NCBI GenBank assembly: GCA_964461915.1
Contig: CAYWVD010000001.1
Location: 90,211-154,210 of the forward strand
DNA from: an uncultured Candidatus Saccharibacteria bacterium
Lineage (GTDB): Bacteria; Patescibacteriota; Dojkabacteria; B142; OLB20
Direction of reading: 5' to 3'
Length of the DNA stretch: 64,000 bases
A program made the position numbers and the translations under genes. Under the pieces are notes generated by a model. The model searched no databases, was not told the origin of the DNA, and was given only the letters and a program-made list of their open reading frames with translations. Below are positions 45,122 to 55,254 of the stretch, in pieces (within the stretch, counting starts at the first letter, position 1; every line of letters starts with the position of its first letter).

Positions 45122-47207
45122 TATTCAAAATGGTTTTTCAGAACTTTCAATAGATAATAAATATAAAAGTGAGGCGTTAAAGAACATTGAATTGTGGCTT
45201 AAAGATGAGATTTACAAAGACTATATTCCTCAAATTGAATATTTAGTGGAAACAAAAAAATGGGATTTATTACTAGATTCTTTTTATCAGGTAATCCCTT
45301 TCGGGACAGGAGGTCGTAGGGGTTTTGTAGGTATTGGTCCAAATAGGATTAATACGATTACAATTCAGCTTTCGGCTCAAGGACATTCACAATACCTTAT
45401 AAAAAAGTATGGTGAAGATGCTAAAACCCGTGGTATAGTTATTTCTTATGATGTTCGAAAATTCATTAAAAAAGGTATTTTCGATGATCAAAGGCAGAAT
45501 CCCGTAAAAGATCTAAGCTGTAAAGACTTAGCTGAAAAGGCCGCGGTAGTTTATGCTGGCAATGGCATAAAGGTCTATATGTTCGATACATTTTCATCTA
45601 CTCCAGAACTATCTTTTCAAGTAAGAAGGAAAAACTGTGTTGGCGGTGATATGATTAGTGCTTCTCATAATCCTCCGGAGTATAATGGCAAAAAAGTAGT
45701 CGATGAGCATGGTGGACAGCTTACTCCACCACAGGATGAGGAATTGGTTGATGTTGTTACCAAAGAAGTTGAAACTATTAAAACAATTCCTTTTGATGAG
45801 GCGAAACAACAGGGTTTAATTGAGTTTTTAACACAACAAGATCATATAGCATATATCGAAGCGGCTTCACAAACTTCTATTTCAAATTATCGTGACATCA
45901 AGATCCTTTTTTCTCCATTTCATGGAACTGCTTCCACATCTGTTTATCCGGTGTTAAAAAGGCTCGGATTTCATGTCAATATGGATAAAAACTCTTCAAT
46001 TCCGGATCCTAGCTTTTCGAGTATCGTTTTTAATATCCCAAATCCCGAGGTAATCGAAGCTTATACCAATCTTTTACCCGAAGCCGACAATATTAATGCC
46101 GATATTATTATGGTGGCTGATCCTGATGCCGATAGAATCGGACTCATGTCAAAGGAATCAAATATTTGGCGATTTTACAATGGCAACGAGATTTTCGTAT
46201 TAGCTACAAGTTATCTTCTTGAAGAATACAAAAAGCAAAATAAGTTGAACCCAGAGAAATTGATATTAAAAACTCTGGTGACGACAAATTTTATTCAGGT
46301 CTTAGCTGAAAAATTTGGAATAAAGATAAAAGGAGACTTATTGGTGGGGTTCAAATATATAGGGAATATAATGAATGAGATGGAATCTAAGGGTGAACTT
46401 GATAATTTATTGATCGCAGGAGAAGAAAGTCATGGCAGTGTAGTAGGTGGGTATATTAGAGATAAAGATACTTGCGTTCCAGCTATTTTAGTTGCAGAAT
46501 TAGCTTCCAGACTTAAAAAAGAAGGTCTCACTTTGGGGCAATATTTGGATAATCTTTATGAAGAGAATGGTTTTTACCAAAATTATTTAACTGAAATTAG
46601 GCTTCCTGGTGCTGAAGGTATGAGTAAGATGAATTTAATCCAAGAAGCGATCCGCAATAATCCTCCTGACTTTTTTGGTAATTTCGAGATCGAAACAATT
46701 TCAGACTATTGGAAAGGGGAGCCATTCAAATCTGAAACTGATAAAGTATCTAGAAATGTTCTTAAAATAACATTCAAACCTATTGATAAGATTAAGTATA
46801 TGCATGTTGTGATCAGGCCATCGGGTACTGAACCTAAAACAAAATTCTATTTTGAAATCGGCCTTAATCCAAATTCTGATACCAAACTTGATGACGAGAA
46901 ATCCCTTGTGGCAGGAGTATTACAGGAATTAGAAAAAGCTGTAATAAAATATTGTTACAAAGTAATCGGAATCGACTTCCCAGATAGAGGTTTTCTCTTG
47001 TTTTGGCAATTAGATGCAGTAAATAAAATGCTTTACTTTAAAATTGAGCCTCAAATCGAAGAAATTAAAAAAATTGAAGATAAACAATTAAGAAAAGAAA
47101 AACTTAATGAACTTTTATCCTTTTTAGGGAGTGATCCAATACGAAAAGTAGATAAGGCATTTAAAGCAAAATATGGTGTTGGCATTGAAAGTTTCTTGGA
47201 ATTATAA
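45096..47207 (+). CDS. pgm: Phosphoglucomutase/phosphomannomutase (alpha-D-phosphohexomutase superfamily) with a C-terminal extension
   Basis: Phospho-Ser loop 'MISASHNPPEYNG', metal loop 'VADPDADRIGL', sugar loop 'GEESHG'. Confidence 0.85.
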   Translation: MEISEIITNIQNGFSELSIDNKYKSEALKNIELWLKDEIYKDYIPQIEYLVETKKWDLLLDSFYQVIPFGTGGRRGFVGIGPNRINTITIQLSAQGHSQYLIKKYGEDAKTRGIVISYDVRKFIKKGIFDDQRQNPVKDLSCKDLAEKAAVVYAGNGIKVYMFDTFSSTPELSFQVRRKNCVGGDMISASHNPPEYNGKKVVDEHGGQLTPPQDEELVDVVTKEVETIKTIPFDEAKQQGLIEFLTQQDHIAYIEAASQTSISNYRDIKILFSPFHGTASTSVYPVLKRLGFHVNMDKNSSIPDPSFSSIVFNIPNPEVIEAYTNLLPEADNINADIIMVADPDADRIGLMSKESNIWRFYNGNEIFVLATSYLLEEYKKQNKLNPEKLILKTLVTTNFIQVLAEKFGIKIKGDLLVGFKYIGNIMNEMESKGELDNLLIAGEESHGSVVGGYIRDKDTCVPAILVAELASRLKKEGLTLGQYLDNLYEENGFYQNYLTEIRLPGAEGMSKMNLIQEAIRNNPPDFFGNFEIETISDYWKGEPFKSETDKVSRNVLKITFKPIDKIKYMHVVIRPSGTEPKTKFYFEIGLNPNSDTKLDDEKSLVAGVLQELEKAVIKYCYKVIGIDFPDRGFLLFWQLDAVNKMLYFKIEPQIEEIKKIEDKQLRKEKLNELLSFLGSDPIRKVDKAFKAKYGVGIESFLEL

Positions 47208-47234
47208 ATAATATTTAATTATTAAAACTCTGCT

Positions 47235-48311
47235 ATGAAAATAGTAATCTTTGCAGGTGGAACTGGTAAAAGATTTTGGCCAGCAAGTAGGATAAGTAAT
47301 CCAAAGCAATTTCAAAATGTACAAGGCGATAAACCATTAGTTAGGTTGGCTTACGAACAACTTTTAGAGGGGATAGCCCAAGAAGATATTTATTTTTGTA
47401 CTGGAAAAACATACGAAAAAGAGATTAAATCTATCTTACCCGAAGTATCTTCCGAGAATTTTATTTTTGATCCTGTAATGCGAGATACTGGACCTGCTGT
47501 AACATTAGCGGTTGCTTATCTAAATAAAAAATTCCCTGAAGATGTGGTGGTAATAAGATGGGCTGATAATTTAATCAAAGATAATAAAACATATATAGAT
47601 GCTTTAATAGAAGCGGAAAATCAGGTGAAGTTAAATAATAAATTTGTTTTTATTGCCGTACCAGCTAGGTTCGCATCTCCGCATAGAGGATATCTAAAAT
47701 TTGGTAAGGAATTGCAGGTTTTTAATAATCCAAAGAATATATTAAAAAAATTTGTTAGATTTGTTGAAAAACCTAGTCAAGAAGTGGCACAAGAATATTT
47801 ACTATCAGGTGAATATGCATGGAATCCTGGTTATTGGGTAATAAAACCATCAGCATATTTAACAAAAGTAGCTCAAACTAATAAGAAGATTTTTAATGTT
47901 TGCCAGGAAGTAGTAGATTCTAATTTTTCCGAAGAAGCTAATAATAAATATGCACAATTGGAAAAAATCTCTGCTGACTATGTTTTTGCCGAGAAAGTTT
48001 TCCCTGATGAAGCACTAATAATTCATTCCGATATGGGTTGGAGTGATGTAGGTGAATGGATAGCTCTAAAAGAAGCCCTTGAAAAAAATAAAGACGATGT
48101 AGTCACAAAAGGTAATGTCTATCCATATCAAACTAAGGATAGTATTATTTACAATTACGAAGAGGGTAAAATGATAACTACAATAGGGATTAATGGTTTT
48201 GTAGTCGTTAATACCCCTGATGTGATTGCAATTTTCCCTAAAGAAGATAATACTAAACTAAAGGAGCTTTTGAAAAAATTTGAAGGTACTGAATACGAAA
48301 AATATTTATAA
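47235..48311 (+). CDS. manC: Mannose-1-phosphate guanylyltransferase-like sugar nucleotidyltransferase
   Basis: 'IVIFAGGTGKRFWPASRISNPKQF' N-terminal motif typical of ManC/CpsB. Confidence 0.7.
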   Translation: MKIVIFAGGTGKRFWPASRISNPKQFQNVQGDKPLVRLAYEQLLEGIAQEDIYFCTGKTYEKEIKSILPEVSSENFIFDPVMRDTGPAVTLAVAYLNKKFPEDVVVIRWADNLIKDNKTYIDALIEAENQVKLNNKFVFIAVPARFASPHRGYLKFGKELQVFNNPKNILKKFVRFVEKPSQEVAQEYLLSGEYAWNPGYWVIKPSAYLTKVAQTNKKIFNVCQEVVDSNFSEEANNKYAQLEKISADYVFAEKVFPDEALIIHSDMGWSDVGEWIALKEALEKNKDDVVTKGNVYPYQTKDSIIYNYEEGKMITTIGINGFVVVNTPDVIAIFPKEDNTKLKELLKKFEGTEYEKYL

Positions 48312-48322
48312 GATTTTTATCT

Positions 48323-48745
48323 ATGGTTGCAGAATATCAAACAATTAAAATCCAAGATGTCGAAGAAATTGTGGAATTTCTAAAATTCCGCCATTTAATA
48401 CCCGAAATCGAGGCCCAAAAGCTAAATGATTTTATTAAAAGGAATCCCGAAACCTCGGTAAAAGCGGTCATAGATAATAGAATCATTGGATTGACTCTTG
48501 TTAGTTTTGATGGCATCAAAGGACAAATCTATAAATTGGTAGTAGATGAAGATTATAGAAGTCATGGAATAGGGCGTGCACTAATACAAGAGGCAATTGA
48601 TAGATTGAAGATTCTACATGCGGTGGAAATTTCAATTAATTGCCGTCCACTTTTAATTAAATGGTATGAATCACAAGGCTTTCAAAAGATTGAATCTACT
48701 CACTATGCTAGGCCGATTGATTCAGAATTAAATAACTTTTGCTAG
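48323..48745 (+). CDS. GNAT-family N-acetyltransferase
   Basis: Motif A 'YRSHGIGRALIQEAI'; 140 aa. Confidence 0.7.
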   Translation: MVAEYQTIKIQDVEEIVEFLKFRHLIPEIEAQKLNDFIKRNPETSVKAVIDNRIIGLTLVSFDGIKGQIYKLVVDEDYRSHGIGRALIQEAIDRLKILHAVEISINCRPLLIKWYESQGFQKIESTHYARPIDSELNNFC

Positions 48746-48777
48746 AGTCTTAAATTAATTTATTATAACTGCTCAAA

Positions 48778-49434
48778 ATGAAAATTTTTATAGATACCGC
48801 CGATCCTAGCTTAATTAAAAAATACTGGGATATGGGGATGATAGATGGAGTTACCACTAATCCATCACTAGCTTCCAAAGTCGGAAGACCTTTTGAAGAT
48901 GTAGTTAAGGAAATTTTCCAAACTGTAGATGGGCCAATTAGCCTTGAAGTATTATCTACGGATTTTGAAGGTATATTAAGAGAAGCTCGATCGCTTGCCT
49001 TACTTAACAAAAATGTTGTCGTAAAGATTCCACTTATTGAAGAAGGTCTAAAGGCAGTTAAAGTCCTATCTAAAGAGGATATTAAAACCAATGTTACACT
49101 TGTTTTCTCTGCAAATCAGGCCTTGTTAGCTGCAAAAGCTGGGGCAACATATATAAGCCCCTTTTTAGGCAGGCTTGATGATAATGGAGAAAATGGTCTA
49201 GAGGTTTTGAAAGAGATAGTTGATATAGTTCATGGCTATAAATTTAGCTCTATGGTTTTAGCCGCCTCAATAAGATCAGACGCAATGGTAAAACAGGTCG
49301 CCTTAATTGGTGCTGATGTTGCTACAATTCCACCTGAAATCTTAGAAAAGCTTTCAAAGCATGAACTTACTACAAAGGGTCTTGAAAAATTCCTGAATGA
49401 TTATAAAGAGGCTGGGCTTAAGCCTTTAGTTTAA
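48778..49434 (+). CDS. tal: Transaldolase / fructose-6-phosphate aldolase (short TalC/FSA type)
   Basis: 'IFIDTADP', 'GVTTNPSL', Schiff-base Lys region 'VVVKIP'; 218 aa. Confidence 0.85.
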   Translation: MKIFIDTADPSLIKKYWDMGMIDGVTTNPSLASKVGRPFEDVVKEIFQTVDGPISLEVLSTDFEGILREARSLALLNKNVVVKIPLIEEGLKAVKVLSKEDIKTNVTLVFSANQALLAAKAGATYISPFLGRLDDNGENGLEVLKEIVDIVHGYKFSSMVLAASIRSDAMVKQVALIGADVATIPPEILEKLSKHELTTKGLEKFLNDYKEAGLKPLV

Positions 49435-50061
49435 AATCTCTTTTTTAAGATTTTCATACGCCTGTAAAGGATTGTCGGCTTTACTTAAAGTAGATCCTAC
49501 ACTGATAATGTCGATAGGAAATGTTTTTATTAGATCAATCGTTTTGAAATTTACTCCGCCATCGATCTCGATTAGACCGTTAAATCCTGCTTTTTTAATA
49601 CTATCAATTAAATCCAGCCTGGATTTTATAAAAGAACCTCCCTGTTTCCCCGGTTCTACAGTATATATCTGAACTATATCAATCAATTTTATAAATCGAA
49701 GAACATCTTTGAAGTTATTATCAGGATTAAGAGAAATCCCAGCCATCTTTTTATAATGATGGATTAGGTCAATTAATTCAGAAATATTATCTTTGCATTC
49801 AAGATTAATGATAATGTATTTTACCCTCTCATCATTTAATAGCTTTTTAATCACTTTTTTTGGATGATCCATCATCAGATCAAAGTTCAGGCTAAAATCA
49901 CCTTTAACCTTAAGTGCTTCATCAACTGATAGGGTAGAGGTATCGGTCCTTTCCCAGTCAATAATATCGATGTCAAAAAACTTTGTCACTGGGGCGAGAG
50001 CAGATATTTGTAGTAAATAATCGGTAAGACTAGTTACTAGGATTGCTGGGTGGATTTTCAT
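49426..50061 (-). CDS. rpe: Ribulose-phosphate 3-epimerase-like TIM-barrel protein (divergent)
   Basis: Start 'MKIHPAIL' parallels Rpe 'MKIAPSIL'; 'ISLNP', 'VEPGKQGGSF', 'IEIDGGV' match Rpe blocks, but the His-x-Asp metal site reads 'DIDIID'. Confidence 0.55.
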   Translation of the reverse strand: MKIHPAILVTSLTDYLLQISALAPVTKFFDIDIIDWERTDTSTLSVDEALKVKGDFSLNFDLMMDHPKKVIKKLLNDERVKYIIINLECKDNISELIDLIHHYKKMAGISLNPDNNFKDVLRFIKLIDIVQIYTVEPGKQGGSFIKSRLDLIDSIKKAGFNGLIEIDGGVNFKTIDLIKTFPIDIISVGSTLSKADNPLQAYENLKKEILN

Positions 50062-50491
50062 AATCTGAAATCTGTTTAAGTCTTCGAATATGTCGTTCTT
50101 CTTGGGAAAAACCTGTGAAGATAAAAGTTTTTATTATTTCAAAATCTATTTTTTCATTGAATGTTAATTTGTCTAACACTAGGACATTACAATTATTATG
50201 TTCTTTAGCTAATCTGGCAGCTTCAACGGATTGAATACACGCTGCTCTCGCCCCTTTGACTTTATTAGCGGCTATTGTCATACCAACTCCGCTGCTGCAA
50301 ATCAGTATTCCTAAAGAAAAAGCTTCCTTGGCAGCTGCTTCTGCTACATCAAAAGCAAATAATGGATAATCATCCTCTTTAATGAATTCATAAGGCCCCA
50401 TGTCTTTATAAAGCATGCCAATTGATGCTAAATAATCCTTTACGGCCTCTTTAACCTCAAATCCAGCATGGTCTGATCCAATATAAATCAT
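50030..50491 (-). CDS. rpiB: Ribose-5-phosphate isomerase B
   Basis: 'IYIGSDHAGFEVK', 'GILICSSGVGMTIAANKVKGARAA'. Confidence 0.85.
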   Translation of the reverse strand: MIYIGSDHAGFEVKEAVKDYLASIGMLYKDMGPYEFIKEDDYPLFAFDVAEAAAKEAFSLGILICSSGVGMTIAANKVKGARAACIQSVEAARLAKEHNNCNVLVLDKLTFNEKIDFEIIKTFIFTGFSQEERHIRRLKQISDYENPPSNPSN

Positions 50492-50554
50492 AAATTACAA
50501 ATTAATTGTATATAAAAAATTGTAATGAAATTCGGGAAAGTAAGCAAATATTTT

Positions 50555-52273
50555 TTAAAGCTCTTTTGTTTGATAAAGCTTTTGCAATGAGTATCCTAGC
50601 TTTTTGTAATATTCACGGGTTCCTATTGCAGAAATTACGCTTATTTTTTTGAAGTTATTTTTGAATGAGATTTCTTCTGCAATTTTTATTAAAGTTTTTC
50701 CAACACCAGTATGTTGAGCTTTTTCTCCGATTGATTTTCCAATGCCTACAACTTGACCGTAAACATGGACTTCTCGGATTATTGCGGAATCTTTAATTTC
50801 TTCATATAAATGGTTTGAATTTGGATTTTTTCTCTGGTAATTTTTGTCTGACAAAAAGAGTCGTAAAAATCCTGCAATTTTGTTTTGAGTTTCTAGGCTA
50901 ATGAAATAGTCAGTCCCAGTCTCTGATTTGTACTCAACTACTTTTTTTACTAAATCATTAAAATCTACTTTTGTGTTTTTGATTTCTCTGCATCTGATGC
51001 ACTGGCATGGCGTCCCTTCATTTAGTAATTCATTTTCAATAATTTGTCTTAAATTTGTAGTTTTATTACCGGCCTCGATTTCATTTGATGGGATGTCTCG
51101 GATAATTCGTGTCAGCCTGCAATATTTGGGTGTGTTCTTTAAACAAAATTTGAGTAGATCAGTTAATTCTTCATTAGAATATGGTTTGTATTTACCTTCT
51201 CTGAAATACTTATAAAGTAAAGTGCCTTTAATAATCGATGTCGGATATATTTTTAACTCGTCGGGTTTAACAAGTTCAAAGAGATCCAAATAATCTTGTT
51301 TATCAATTTCTATAGATGATCCATAAAGATTGGGCATCCAATGTGCATGGATTTTAAATCCGCCAGCTCGGATTAGGTTGACTGCATTAATAATCTGGGT
51401 TCTAGTTGTGTCTCTTTGGTTTAATTCTAAAATCTTATCGTTTAAAGATTGGACTCCAATTTGTATCTTAGTTGCACCAAATTTTCTTAATTCTAGAACT
51501 TCTTTTGGTGTAACAAAGTCGGGACGGGTTTCAAGTACTAAACCGACATTTCGGGATTTGGCATTTTGGTTTTTCAACTGTTCTTGGAATAATTCGTCCC
51601 AAGTGGCATTTTCGTTATCAACATTCTTTTTAAAATCGATTGTAGAATTGTAAGTAATTATGGCATCTTTATCTTTGACAGGATCCTCAACAAGCATCGA
51701 AGGTTTTTCGATACGATTATCTGAAAAGCCAAAATCATTCATAGCTTCAAAACATCTTTTTATAAACCAAATTTTGTATTCAATTGGGTAATATGACCAA
51801 GTTCCGCCAAGTACAATTAATTCAATTTTTTCAGTATTATGCCCGATATTTTTTAGAGCAAGTAGCCTGTTATAAGTTTGTAAATAAGGATCAAATGCAT
51901 TCCTAGCAGCTCTTTGTGCACCTGGTTCAGAACTTATATAGCTTTTGGGCATTCTGATATCATTTGGGCAAAAGATACACCTACCAGGACAAGGATAAGG
52001 TTTTGTTAAAACGGTAATAACTGTAACACCGGACATTGTCCTACTAGGCTTCAGTTTCAAGTCTTCAAGTATTTGATCATCAAATTCTAAAAACCCTTTT
52101 TCACAATAATTTTTATAAGAAGAAATCAATTGGTCTCGGCTGTAGAGTTCATTACCTCGGGGGTATTTCCTCAGTAAAACTTGAATCCTTTTATTATTAA
52201 CTTTTTTTAAACTCTCGAGTTCTTTAAAAAACTCTAAAGGAACTTGCATAATTTGTATTGTAATGTCATTCAT
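50555..52273 (-). CDS. elp3: Elp3-family radical-SAM/GNAT protein (tRNA wobble-uridine carboxymethyl modification homolog)
   Basis: Radical-SAM 'CPGRCIFCP' about 90 aa from the N-terminus; C-terminal GNAT 'GQVVGIGKSIGEKAQHTGVGKTLI'; 572 aa. Confidence 0.75.
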   Translation of the reverse strand: MNDITIQIMQVPLEFFKELESLKKVNNKRIQVLLRKYPRGNELYSRDQLISSYKNYCEKGFLEFDDQILEDLKLKPSRTMSGVTVITVLTKPYPCPGRCIFCPNDIRMPKSYISSEPGAQRAARNAFDPYLQTYNRLLALKNIGHNTEKIELIVLGGTWSYYPIEYKIWFIKRCFEAMNDFGFSDNRIEKPSMLVEDPVKDKDAIITYNSTIDFKKNVDNENATWDELFQEQLKNQNAKSRNVGLVLETRPDFVTPKEVLELRKFGATKIQIGVQSLNDKILELNQRDTTRTQIINAVNLIRAGGFKIHAHWMPNLYGSSIEIDKQDYLDLFELVKPDELKIYPTSIIKGTLLYKYFREGKYKPYSNEELTDLLKFCLKNTPKYCRLTRIIRDIPSNEIEAGNKTTNLRQIIENELLNEGTPCQCIRCREIKNTKVDFNDLVKKVVEYKSETGTDYFISLETQNKIAGFLRLFLSDKNYQRKNPNSNHLYEEIKDSAIIREVHVYGQVVGIGKSIGEKAQHTGVGKTLIKIAEEISFKNNFKKISVISAIGTREYYKKLGYSLQKLYQTKEL

Positions 52274-52301
52274 ATATTATACAATATGATATACTCACTT
52301 T

Positions 52302-53357
52302 ATGTCAAAAATGTCGTTTATCAAAAGTAAAAAATGGTGGATTCTTTTGGGACTATTATTTATTGCCCTTATTATCATTTTTAAACCACAAGGGAATTCT
52401 GCTTCTACTGATTATGTTTATGAATCGGTTAAAAGAACAGATATTATTGAACAGGTAAACGCGAATGGGTCCGTTAGTTTTAAAAACACATACAACATCA
52501 ATCCCCGAGTCAATGCCAAAGTTGTTGCAGTCAACGCCAAAGCGGGCGATTTAGTAAAAAAAGATCAAGAACTAATTAAATTTGATGATACAGACCTTCA
52601 GAATGCCTATAAAAGCGCTCAATATTCTTTCAATTCAGCAGTTTATGGTCGAGATAGATTAAAAAATGCCCCAATAGTTGATGACTATGCTGTAAAACAA
52701 GCTCAACAACAAGTGAATTTAACTTGGGTCAGTCTAGAAAATGCTAAAAGAAATCTTGAATATGCTGTAATTAAAAGTCCAATCGATGGGGTAGTTTCAA
52801 CAATAAATTTAAAGGTTGGTGATTTTGCGAGTCTTACTCAATTGTCACCGGCAATTATCGTGGGTGAAAATGGAGTGCTCACAGCCAATCTTACTGTTAA
52901 CGAACTTGATATTGCTAAAGTAAAAATTGATCAAGATATTGATCTTGAAATTGAAGCAATAGGTAAAGTAATCAAGGGGAAGGTTACTCAAATAAGTCCA
53001 AGTGGAGTAAATCTTGCTGGCGTTGTAAGCTTTTCAGTTAAAGCATCCATTCCTGATCAAAAAGATCTTTTACCTGAAATGACTATTAATGGATTGATTA
53101 CTGTAAAAAATACTCCTAATGTACTATCTTTGCCCTCATCTGCTATACGCGAAAAAAGTGGTAAGTCATTCGTGTATATTCCGGAATTTAATGAATCAGG
53201 TACCCTAACAAAAGTAATCGAAAAAGAAATTCAAATTGGAGTAAATAATAATTCAATGGTTGAAATAATTTCTGGTCTAAATGAAGGTGATAAGGTAGTT
53301 TTAAACTATGACCTTTCTGTTAATACAATCAATTTTAGTCTTGGCGGGTCAAATTAA
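52302..53357 (+). CDS. Periplasmic adaptor (HlyD/MacA membrane-fusion family)
   Basis: N-terminal TM, coiled-coil and beta-barrel regions; directly upstream of the MacB-like ATPase and permease. Confidence 0.7.
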   Translation: MSKMSFIKSKKWWILLGLLFIALIIIFKPQGNSASTDYVYESVKRTDIIEQVNANGSVSFKNTYNINPRVNAKVVAVNAKAGDLVKKDQELIKFDDTDLQNAYKSAQYSFNSAVYGRDRLKNAPIVDDYAVKQAQQQVNLTWVSLENAKRNLEYAVIKSPIDGVVSTINLKVGDFASLTQLSPAIIVGENGVLTANLTVNELDIAKVKIDQDIDLEIEAIGKVIKGKVTQISPSGVNLAGVVSFSVKASIPDQKDLLPEMTINGLITVKNTPNVLSLPSSAIREKSGKSFVYIPEFNESGTLTKVIEKEIQIGVNNNSMVEIISGLNEGDKVVLNYDLSVNTINFSLGGSN

Positions 53358-53359
53358 CT

Positions 53360-54049
53360 ATGCCTCTTATTAAATTAGTCTCAATAAAAAAGTCCTATAG
53401 TGCTGGGCCAAATAAATTCGAAGCTCTGAAGGGGGTCGATCTTTCAATCGAAAAGGGTGAATTTGTAGCAATAATGGGGCCTTCTGGGTCGGGGAAATCT
53501 ACGATGATGCATATTATTGGATGCTTGGATTCTCCAACAAGTGGGACATACTTCCTTAAAGATAAAAATGTTGCAAAGATGAAAGATGCTGATCTCGCAA
53601 GAGTTCGGAATGAAGATATTGGGTTTGTATTTCAAGCCTTCAATCTTTTACCAAGAATTTCAGTTGAACAAAATGTGCGATTACCTTTTTCATATAATAA
53701 AAAACAAATTCCAATTGAAGAACAGAACCGTCGAGTTGAACAAGCTCTAAAAATGGTGGGTCTTTTTGATAAAAGACGAAATAAATCAAATGAACTTTCT
53801 GGAGGTCAAATACAAAGAACAGCAATAGCTAGAAGTTTAATTCTCGATCCAGCAATGATTTTGGCTGATGAACCAACTGGGAATCTAGACACAAAAACCG
53901 GCGAAGAGATTATGAAAGTCTTTAAAGAATTAAATAGTAAAGGGCATACCATTGTATTAGTTACCCATGAAGAAGATATAGCTCAAAACGCAAAAAGAAT
54001 AATTAAATTAAAAGATGGTTTGATAATTTCTGATAAAAAATGCGATTAA
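53360..54049 (+). CDS. ABC transporter ATP-binding protein (MacB/LolD type)
   Basis: 'GPSGSGKST', 'LSGGQIQRTAIARSL', 'ILADEPTGNLD'. Confidence 0.85.
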   Translation: MPLIKLVSIKKSYSAGPNKFEALKGVDLSIEKGEFVAIMGPSGSGKSTMMHIIGCLDSPTSGTYFLKDKNVAKMKDADLARVRNEDIGFVFQAFNLLPRISVEQNVRLPFSYNKKQIPIEEQNRRVEQALKMVGLFDKRRNKSNELSGGQIQRTAIARSLILDPAMILADEPTGNLDTKTGEEIMKVFKELNSKGHTIVLVTHEEDIAQNAKRIIKLKDGLIISDKKCD

Positions 54050-55254
54050 ACACTTTACTTAAAAATGCCTTAGATTCGTTGACAGTCAACAAATTAAGGA
54101 CTTTCTTAACGGTACTTGGTATTGTGATTGGAATAACTTCTGTAATAACCTTGGTAAACATCGGTGAGGCAGCTCAAGGGACTATTGAATCTTCTGTTTC
54201 AGCTTTTGGGTCTGATCTTATAACAATAATCCCAGGAAAATTTTCAAGCGGATCTCAGGGTTTCTCGTTTGATCTATCTGCCTCATTTGATTTTCAAAAT
54301 GTTGTGGATTTAAAGTCAAAACCAAATCTTTATTTAAAAGGCATTTCAACTGAGTCTTCGAAATTAACAAATGTCAGGGTAGGGCTTAACAATCAGCAAA
54401 TGTCTATTACTGGTGTTTATGGTGATTATTTTTTAGTTAGATCCGTAGAACTTCTGGCTGGCAGAGAGATTAATTTAAAGGATTCAGATACTCTTTCAAG
54501 AGTTGCTGTTATAGGGCCTGATATTCGCGATAAGTTTTTTGATGAAAATCCAATCGGAAAAACAATAAATATTTCAAATCAGAACTATACTATTGTTGGG
54601 ATAACGAAACCAAGGGGTAGTAATGGGTTCCAAAATCTCGACGAAGTTGTGATTATCCCTTTAAAAACGATGCAGAAATTAATTACTGGGACCACTACAG
54701 TCCGTTCCATAATTGTTTCAGCCAGCGATCCTAAATACATTAGTCTGGCTGCAGAAGAGGTTAAGAATAATCTTCGAGACATTCGCGGAATTGATAAGAG
54801 CGAAGACTCAGACTTTACTGTCAGAACTTCAGCTCAAGCCTTAGGAATTTTAACTGACATTACAAATATATTCACAATATTTCTCGCGCTTATTTCAGGA
54901 ATATCTTTACTGGTTGGGGGGATTGGGATTATGAATATTATGTTCGTAAGCGTCAAAGAGAGAACTCGTGAAATTGGTTTGCGAAAGGCTCTTGGCGCAA
55001 CTAGGAACGACATTCTCTATCAATTTTTAACTGAATCTATTGCCGTTACAATGTTAGGAGGAATTTTAGGAACCATACTCGGAATCCTATTAACTTATAT
55101 TTTCACTCAAGTGGCAGCACTAGCTTTTTCTATCAATATCAACACTGTAATCCTTGCTGTTGGCGTATCTGGCCTGATCGGGTTAATTTTTGGAAGTTAT
55201 CCTGCTTGGCAAGCTGCAAAACTTGATCCTATTGTGGCTCTACGATATGAATAA
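54040..55254 (+). CDS. ABC transporter permease, FtsX/MacB type (4 TM plus large periplasmic domain)
   Basis: N-terminal TM, about 220-aa periplasmic domain, three C-terminal TM helices with 'GIGIMNIMFVSVKERTREIGLRKALGA'. Confidence 0.8.
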   Translation: MRLNTLLKNALDSLTVNKLRTFLTVLGIVIGITSVITLVNIGEAAQGTIESSVSAFGSDLITIIPGKFSSGSQGFSFDLSASFDFQNVVDLKSKPNLYLKGISTESSKLTNVRVGLNNQQMSITGVYGDYFLVRSVELLAGREINLKDSDTLSRVAVIGPDIRDKFFDENPIGKTINISNQNYTIVGITKPRGSNGFQNLDEVVIIPLKTMQKLITGTTTVRSIIVSASDPKYISLAAEEVKNNLRDIRGIDKSEDSDFTVRTSAQALGILTDITNIFTIFLALISGISLLVGGIGIMNIMFVSVKERTREIGLRKALGATRNDILYQFLTESIAVTMLGGILGTILGILLTYIFTQVAALAFSININTVILAVGVSGLIGLIFGSYPAWQAAKLDPIVALRYE

